Of a stretch of 64,000 nt of DNA, positions 58,300 through 64,000 are shown piece after piece. A program made the position numbers and the translations under genes. Source of the DNA: Podarcis vaucheri (Eukaryota); NCBI GenBank assembly GCA_965113315.1, contig OZ220370.1; one strand, written 5' to 3'. Position 1 is the stretch's first letter; each line of letters begins with the position of its first letter. The notes below the pieces were generated by a model that worked only from the letters and a program-made list of their open reading frames with translations, searched no databases and was not told the origin of the DNA.

Positions 58300-59700
58300 G
58301 CTTTACTCTGCAGAAGGACCCAATCCCTTCTGAGAGCAAAATGAAGTCAAAGTAGAAGCCTTTAGCTTCCTATACAATGAAGTTGGGGTCACTTTGACAC
58401 CTGCCCCATGACAATTTTAAATTCAATTGAAAGCTCTCCCAAGACAATGGTGGTAATCCATGGAGGCTCATTCTGACCATTACCAATGGCTCCCAGGTGG
58501 TCTTTTTGGAGAACCAGTGCTATGATGTGTTTAGAACAGCACACTGCAGCATAATGCCCCCTTTTCTGATAATGTCTGACTGTCTTCTTGCTGTAGGGTG
58601 ACTTGCCACACAAAGGGCAGTCTTTGGGTTACCTGCTGTATTGCTTCCCTTTGCCAGGTTAACATCACATGAGTTAGTTTGTAGTGTCTAGGTCTGCAAC
58701 TTCCTGCTGACTCCCAAGTTTTCTTTCTTTGACCATCCTGCTTGCAAGAGTGGAATTAGACCGGCTCAAAAATTACTTTGCAATGAGGTAGAAAGTGCTT
58801 CTCTAGCTCTTCTTTGTCTGTTTTAAAACAGTTTCATCTGGACATTTGTGAGTCTCCTTGGGAGGATTATATTCCCTACTGCTGGCTCCATAGTGCACAA
58901 AAGAGTGTTTACTTGCTGTTCCTGTGTCCAGATGTCTGGAAGAACCTTTGGAATCTGCTTATCTAAAGTGGCCAGCCTTCAGGGTGCTGGAAATCAAATT
59001 ATTTGTGCAATGTGGAAATCAACCAGGGATGGAGTAGCCGTGTTCAGAGGGGTCATAGATGGCTTGGACTCACCTTTATGGGTCATTGTAGACTCTCTTA
59101 GTTCCAGGTCTCGCCGCTCCCTCTGTTTTCTTTCCTCCTTTTCTGGAGTGATACCCCGTCAGTAGCTGCACCAGCAGAGCCTTCCTGCAGGTACTCTCAG
59201 TTTCCAGGCCTCTCTTTTGCCTGTTATTTTGAGAGATAAACACTGTGGCTGCAGTAGGTGGGCCTCCTAGTATTCTCTGAGTGTTAACCTGTGACTACCT
59301 TTCTGTTTTGTGAGGCTGTCAGAACACTGCAGGGAACATAGATAGTCTCCATTCTGACACCATGTGGGATTGACAGAGCGCCAGGTAAAGCATGACTAAC
59401 TTAAATTTCCTGCTTGCGACCTCTACCCTCCTTGCACGGTGCCACCCATATATACAGCTAACACCACCATATCTATTGGGACTGGTAGGGCAGAAGGAAG
59501 GGAGACCACAGTAGGTGGAGCCAGAACTAATGATAGCAAGATCCAAACTCCATTCTGAGGTCTGCAAGGGCAACACTGAAACTAAGTGGGGAGAATGTGA
59601 GGAGCAGTGCCACCTCCAGAACTGGTAGTATGTAAGAATCAAGACAGAGAGGTGGATGGGGCAGTACCCCATTTGCCTTAACATGCCAGCCTCCATTATT
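58300..59700 (-). mobile_element. Highly degenerate CR1-like LINE ORF2 relic
   Basis: Scattered minus-strand motifs in the expected order: LTYYQ (~59625), SLDLAI (~59540), EPPWIT (~58460). Confidence 0.35.
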
Positions 59701-60013
59701 GGCAACTGTTTGTATTTTTCAGATATTGTCTGTGAAATGTATCCAGAGGTTAGTTTACATTATCTGGCTTTAGTTGAATGATGGCCTGAGCTGTGTACAA
59801 AATTCCATGTTCATATAATGAATTTGTATACACATTCCGTACCTTCCAGTTAATATGGGGTCTATGTTATTTATTCACCTTCACAAACAGGCTCACATTA
59901 ACTGCAAACCCCAAGATCTGCATCCATATCTTTCTCTATAAGGAACTTTGGATAGATATTAATAGTAAGGGGTGGGGACCAGCTGACAAAGATTGCAGTT
60001 ATATGTATTTCAA

Positions 60014-60035
60014 ACACAAGATGGTGCCATTGCAC
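60014..60035 (+). promoter_or_regulatory. CSE/CTCF-like promoter motif, gene B6
   Basis: ACACAAGATGGTGCCATTGCAC, ~232 bp upstream of ATG 60246. Confidence 0.7.
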
Positions 60036-60245
60036 AGCACATATTCTTAAAAGATTAATCTTTGGAAAGCATAGACAAGGGCAAAACAATCTGGAAGCAA
60101 AAGAGATACAGCTCTTCATTGCAAAAAAATCAGGAGGAGGGAGACAGCAGTATGCATTTTCAAGAATAAATACAGCAAAGGGATACAGCTAAGTACAACA
60201 ACATATTTTTCTGTTGTTCAATCTGTCTTGAGTGAATCTGGAACA

Positions 60246-62714
60246 ATGGAAATGAATAACAGGAACAGGCAAGTGACTTTTTTCTTTCTGTCTCTCTGCA
60301 TGTATGGGGCAATATGCAATTCCATCCAATATTCAGTGCCAGAGGAAAGGAAAACAGGGTCCTTGGTGGCTAATGTGCTGAAAGATTTGAAAGTGGATGC
60401 AAAGGAGCTGTCTGCTCGGAGAGCCCGGCTGGTTTCTAAGAGCAGCAAGCAGTATTTCCAGCTGGATCCTCATTCTGGCAACATGATATTAAAGGATAGA
60501 ATAGATCGAGAGGCTCTCTGTGGTCAGAATGACCATTGTGTTCTGCTCTCTGAAATTGTGCTAGAAGATCCATTGAAGCTATATAGAATTGAAGTTCAAA
60601 TAGAGGATGTGAATGATAATTCCCCCAAATTCTCGAAAGATCAATTTATTTTTGAAATACCTGAGCAAACTCACATAAATACTGTATTCCCTTTGGAGAG
60701 AGCTCAAGATTCAGACAAAGGAAAAAATACTGTTCAGAATTACACACTTAGTCCTAATAAGTATTTTAGGTTGGATGTGCAGAGTCACAGTGATGGTACC
60801 AACTATGCAGAACTGGTGTTAGAGAAACCGCTAGACCGTGAGGTGAATCCACAGATTTCCCTTATTCTGTCAGCAGTTGATGGAGGGACCCCAAAAAGAA
60901 CTGGAACAGCACAAATAATCATTGATGTTCTGGACATCAATGATAATGCTCCTCTATTTAATAAATCTGTGTACCAGGAAAAACTGATGGAAAACAGCCC
61001 ATTGGGTACATTAGTCACAAGAGTTGAAGCCAGAGACAAGGATATTGGTTCCAATGCTGAAATCACTTACTCATTTAGCCAAGTGCCAGAAAATGTGTTG
61101 AGATCATTCAGGTTAAATAAAAATACTGGGGAACTTACTATCTCAGGTATAATTGATTATGAAGAAAACACAAATTATGAGATGAACATCAGAGCTACAG
61201 ACGGAGGGGGCCTTTCTGCTTACTGTAAAGTCATTGTAGAGATTGAGGATGAGAACGACAATGCTCCAGAGATTACCATCACTTCCATCACCAGTCCCTT
61301 ACCTGAAGACTCTTCCCCAGACACAGTGGTGGCCCTCTTCAGTGTCACAGATGTGGACTCTGGAGACAGTGGCAGAACTGCCTGCACCACTGAAGTTAAC
61401 CTGCCATTTGTGCTCAAACCCACAGAGAACAACTATTACCAGCTGGTAACCCAACAACCACTGGACAGAGAAAAAGCCTCTGAGTATAACATCACCATTA
61501 CAGCCATGGACAGAGGCTCTCCCAGACTCACTTCCACAAGAATACTTCATGTGCAAATCTCAGATGTCAATGACAACCCTCCAGTGTTTGAAAAGCCATT
61601 CTATGAAATGCTGTTAAGAGAAAACAATATTCCAGGTCTTCTGATCAATTCGGTCCATGCTGTTGATCTGGACACAGCGCAGAATGCCAAAGTGACCTAC
61701 TCGCTTTTGCCTGGGAAGGTCAATGATGGCCCCACATCCTCTTACATCTCCATCAACTCTGAAACGGGGAACCTGTATGCCATCCGGTCTCTGGATTATG
61801 AGGAAGTGAAAGATTTCCAGGTGAGGGTGAGGGCTGTGGATTCAGGTTCCCCTCCACTGAGCTCCGAAGTTCCCATCTGCGTTCAGGTCGTGGATGAAAA
61901 TGACAATGCCCCCTTCATCCTCTACCCTCTCCAGAATGGCACTTCCCCCTCGAATGACCTGGTTCCCCGAGGGGCAGAGACTGGCTACCTGGTCACCAAG
62001 GTGGTGGCTGTGGACAGGGATTCTGCGCAGAACTCTTGGCTTTCCTATCAGCTGCTGAAGGCCACAGAGCCGGGTCTGTTCACGGTGGGGGCCCAGAATG
62101 GAGAAGTGACCACCCTGAGGCCGGTCAGCAACCGAGACAGCTTCAAGCAGAATCTGATTGTGGTGGTCCGAGACAACGGCCATCCTCCCCAGTCCACCTC
62201 TGCCACGCTCAGAATCCTCCTAGTGGACGGCTTCTCTGACCCTTATCTGAAAAGTGTGGCTCTCCCAAAGGAGGAAACGGTGGAGGAGGAAGACCCCAGC
62301 CTGACGATGTATTTGATCATCTGCTTGGCTGCCATCTCAAGCATCTTTCTCATTTCTGTAGTGGCATTTGTTGTAATCAAGTTGCAGAAACGTGAAAAGT
62401 TTATAGGAACCTACAACTCTGCAGCCAATTTCCCGGTGGGACCTGATTCCCAGGAGAACTCTGCGGATTCTGGTGCTGGATCTCTATCCCAGGCTTACAA
62501 CTATGAGGTGTGCTTAGCTGGTGGGTCTCTGAACAGCGAGTTCCGGTTTCTCAGGCCCCTATTTCCTGTTTTCTCTGTGGAGCCTCCTAACACTCAGGTG
62601 AATCCAAGGAGTTCCAATGATTCTGAAGGTGTCCCCAGACATGCAGGTGAAAGTCAACATGTGGTTCAGGTGAGAACACTGCTGGGAATTTCTTTTCTAA
62701 TATTTAATTTTTAA
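60246..62714 (+). CDS. PCDHB: Clustered protocadherin beta-like, subfamily B (B6)
   Basis: ATG 60246 aligns with paralogs. Full architecture; donor CAG|GTGAGA after 62669. Confidence 0.95.
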   Translation: MEMNNRNRQVTFFFLSLCMYGAICNSIQYSVPEERKTGSLVANVLKDLKVDAKELSARRARLVSKSSKQYFQLDPHSGNMILKDRIDREALCGQNDHCVLLSEIVLEDPLKLYRIEVQIEDVNDNSPKFSKDQFIFEIPEQTHINTVFPLERAQDSDKGKNTVQNYTLSPNKYFRLDVQSHSDGTNYAELVLEKPLDREVNPQISLILSAVDGGTPKRTGTAQIIIDVLDINDNAPLFNKSVYQEKLMENSPLGTLVTRVEARDKDIGSNAEITYSFSQVPENVLRSFRLNKNTGELTISGIIDYEENTNYEMNIRATDGGGLSAYCKVIVEIEDENDNAPEITITSITSPLPEDSSPDTVVALFSVTDVDSGDSGRTACTTEVNLPFVLKPTENNYYQLVTQQPLDREKASEYNITITAMDRGSPRLTSTRILHVQISDVNDNPPVFEKPFYEMLLRENNIPGLLINSVHAVDLDTAQNAKVTYSLLPGKVNDGPTSSYISINSETGNLYAIRSLDYEEVKDFQVRVRAVDSGSPPLSSEVPICVQVVDENDNAPFILYPLQNGTSPSNDLVPRGAETGYLVTKVVAVDRDSAQNSWLSYQLLKATEPGLFTVGAQNGEVTTLRPVSNRDSFKQNLIVVVRDNGHPPQSTSATLRILLVDGFSDPYLKSVALPKEETVEEEDPSLTMYLIICLAAISSIFLISVVAFVVIKLQKREKFIGTYNSAANFPVGPDSQENSADSGAGSLSQAYNYEVCLAGGSLNSEFRFLRPLFPVFSVEPPNTQVNPRSSNDSEGVPRHAGESQHVVQVRTLLGISFLIFNF

Positions 62715-62776
62715 GGATGGGATTCAACAAAGTGCTAAGTGAGGTATGCTTGTGTGGAATGAGGTTCATTCACACA

Positions 62777-63150
62777 ATGAATGAATGAATGAATCTTCAT
62801 TTGCGTCAGCCATCGGCCATAGCAATAAAACAATACGATACAGTGGTACCTCGGGTTACAAACACTTCAGGTTACAATCACCTCAGTTTACAAACTCCGC
62901 TAACCCAGAAGTAGTACCTAAGGTTCTGAACTTTGCCCCAGTATGAGAACGGAAACCGTGCGCCGGCAGCACGACGGCAGCAGGAGGCCCCATTAGCGAA
63001 AGCGCGCCTCAGGTTAAGAACTGTTTCGGGTTAAGAACGGACCTCCAGAACGAATTTAGTTCGTAATCTGAGGTACCACTGTATACAAAGAATAGAAATG
63101 AAAAGTCAATTATATAAAATACATTTTAGGGGTTTGGATCAATAGTCAAA
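62777..63150 (-). mobile_element. LINE 3' tail fragment (same family as 1124-1250), interrupted by a MITE
   Basis: ATGAATGAATGAATCTTCATTTGCGTCAGCCATCGGCCAT...AGTCAAA is colinear with 1122-1250. Confidence 0.7.
62841..63081. mobile_element. Tc1/mariner (Tigger-like) MITE
   Basis: TIR CAGTGGTACCTC/GAGGTACCACTG with a TA target duplication (62839-62840 and 63082-63083). Confidence 0.9.
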
Positions 63151-64000
63151 ACACTCACACAATATACTTCCCTCCTTTTGTTGCACTGCACATTCCCCAA
63201 ACTTTCAGACCAGATTTAATATTACATATATGGGAAAGACAAAAACCAGTTTACATGTCATTTGTGAAAATGGATTTCAGTATTTCGTTGCAGATTCTTC
63301 AAACTCAATGTCTGTCCATTGAGTACCAAACTTCATTAATCACATTTACCCAGAAATTAATTCTTTCCACTTCTGAAAATAACTCTGAGTTAGGGTATTT
63401 TACCTAAGGGAAGCCTTTTTGAAATGAGAGAATGCTTTAAGTTGGAGGCTTAATTTGCAAATCAATTGGGTTTTGCTATATAGGGCTTAAATAGAGTGGT
63501 AAATTGAGAATCCAATATATTCATCACTACATAGTAAATATTATTTCAGAGAAATGTAAGACAGATTGTGAATTAATGAAACTGGAATACATTATTGGCA
63601 ATGAGACTTTTCATGAATATATTCTGAATGCTCTGTGTAAATTATGTTCTTGCTAAAGGGGAGGAGAATATACGGTGAGTGGAAGAATGATAATTATGGG
63701 AGGTTATTGAAGATATGTCATTCCTTGGTGTGAATATGGGGATTAGAACAATACAATAAATCTTCCGGAAGGAAGTCCCAATTTCCAACAGCACCATGGA
63801 AGACTAAAACTGGCTGAACAGAAACTGGGTAAGAGAACCATTTGGGAAACAAAATATATATATATATTTAAATGGTGAGAGTTATGAAGATAAAACTCAT
63901 TATTAAAGTATGGTGTAAGACTCAAAAGAATCATGAAGACAATTATGAGGAGTCATTCGTTTGGTGCTAAGGTGCGCAGTAACTAGAGCAGTAACTTCAC

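Noticed and set aside
62715-64000. Possible constant exon or next promoter at the window end
   Set aside because: I found no QAPPNTDW/PRQPNPDW-like exon and no convincing CSE motif; the sequence is AT-rich spacer plus TEs.

Overview
Vertebrate genomic DNA, most likely from a squamate reptile: it carries Sauria-SINE-type, Penelope, L1, L2 and RTE-X-like repeats typical of lizards. The window lies inside a clustered protocadherin locus. It holds 11 full-length, single-exon, beta-type (PCDHB-like) variable exons and one 3' relic, all on the + strand. They fall into two subfamilies (here A and B) that alternate strictly: A-B-A-B-A-(B relic)-A-B-A-B-A-B. Every full gene has a same-orientation CTCF/CSE-like motif about 230-295 bp upstream of its ATG. 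Every exon ends in a phase-0 splice donor at an invariant distance from the ATG (2421 nt for A, 2424 nt for B), although no constant exon is in the window and mammalian PCDHB genes have none. The 3' halves (EC4 to cytoplasmic) are homogenised within each subfamily, while EC2/EC3 are a diversified patchwork. The spacers record segmental duplication, a microhomology-mediated gene deletion and many transposon insertions. One insertion is a young Penelope-like element forming a 269-bp inverted repeat that carries a minimal hammerhead ribozyme. All comparisons were made by eye, without alignment or database tools.
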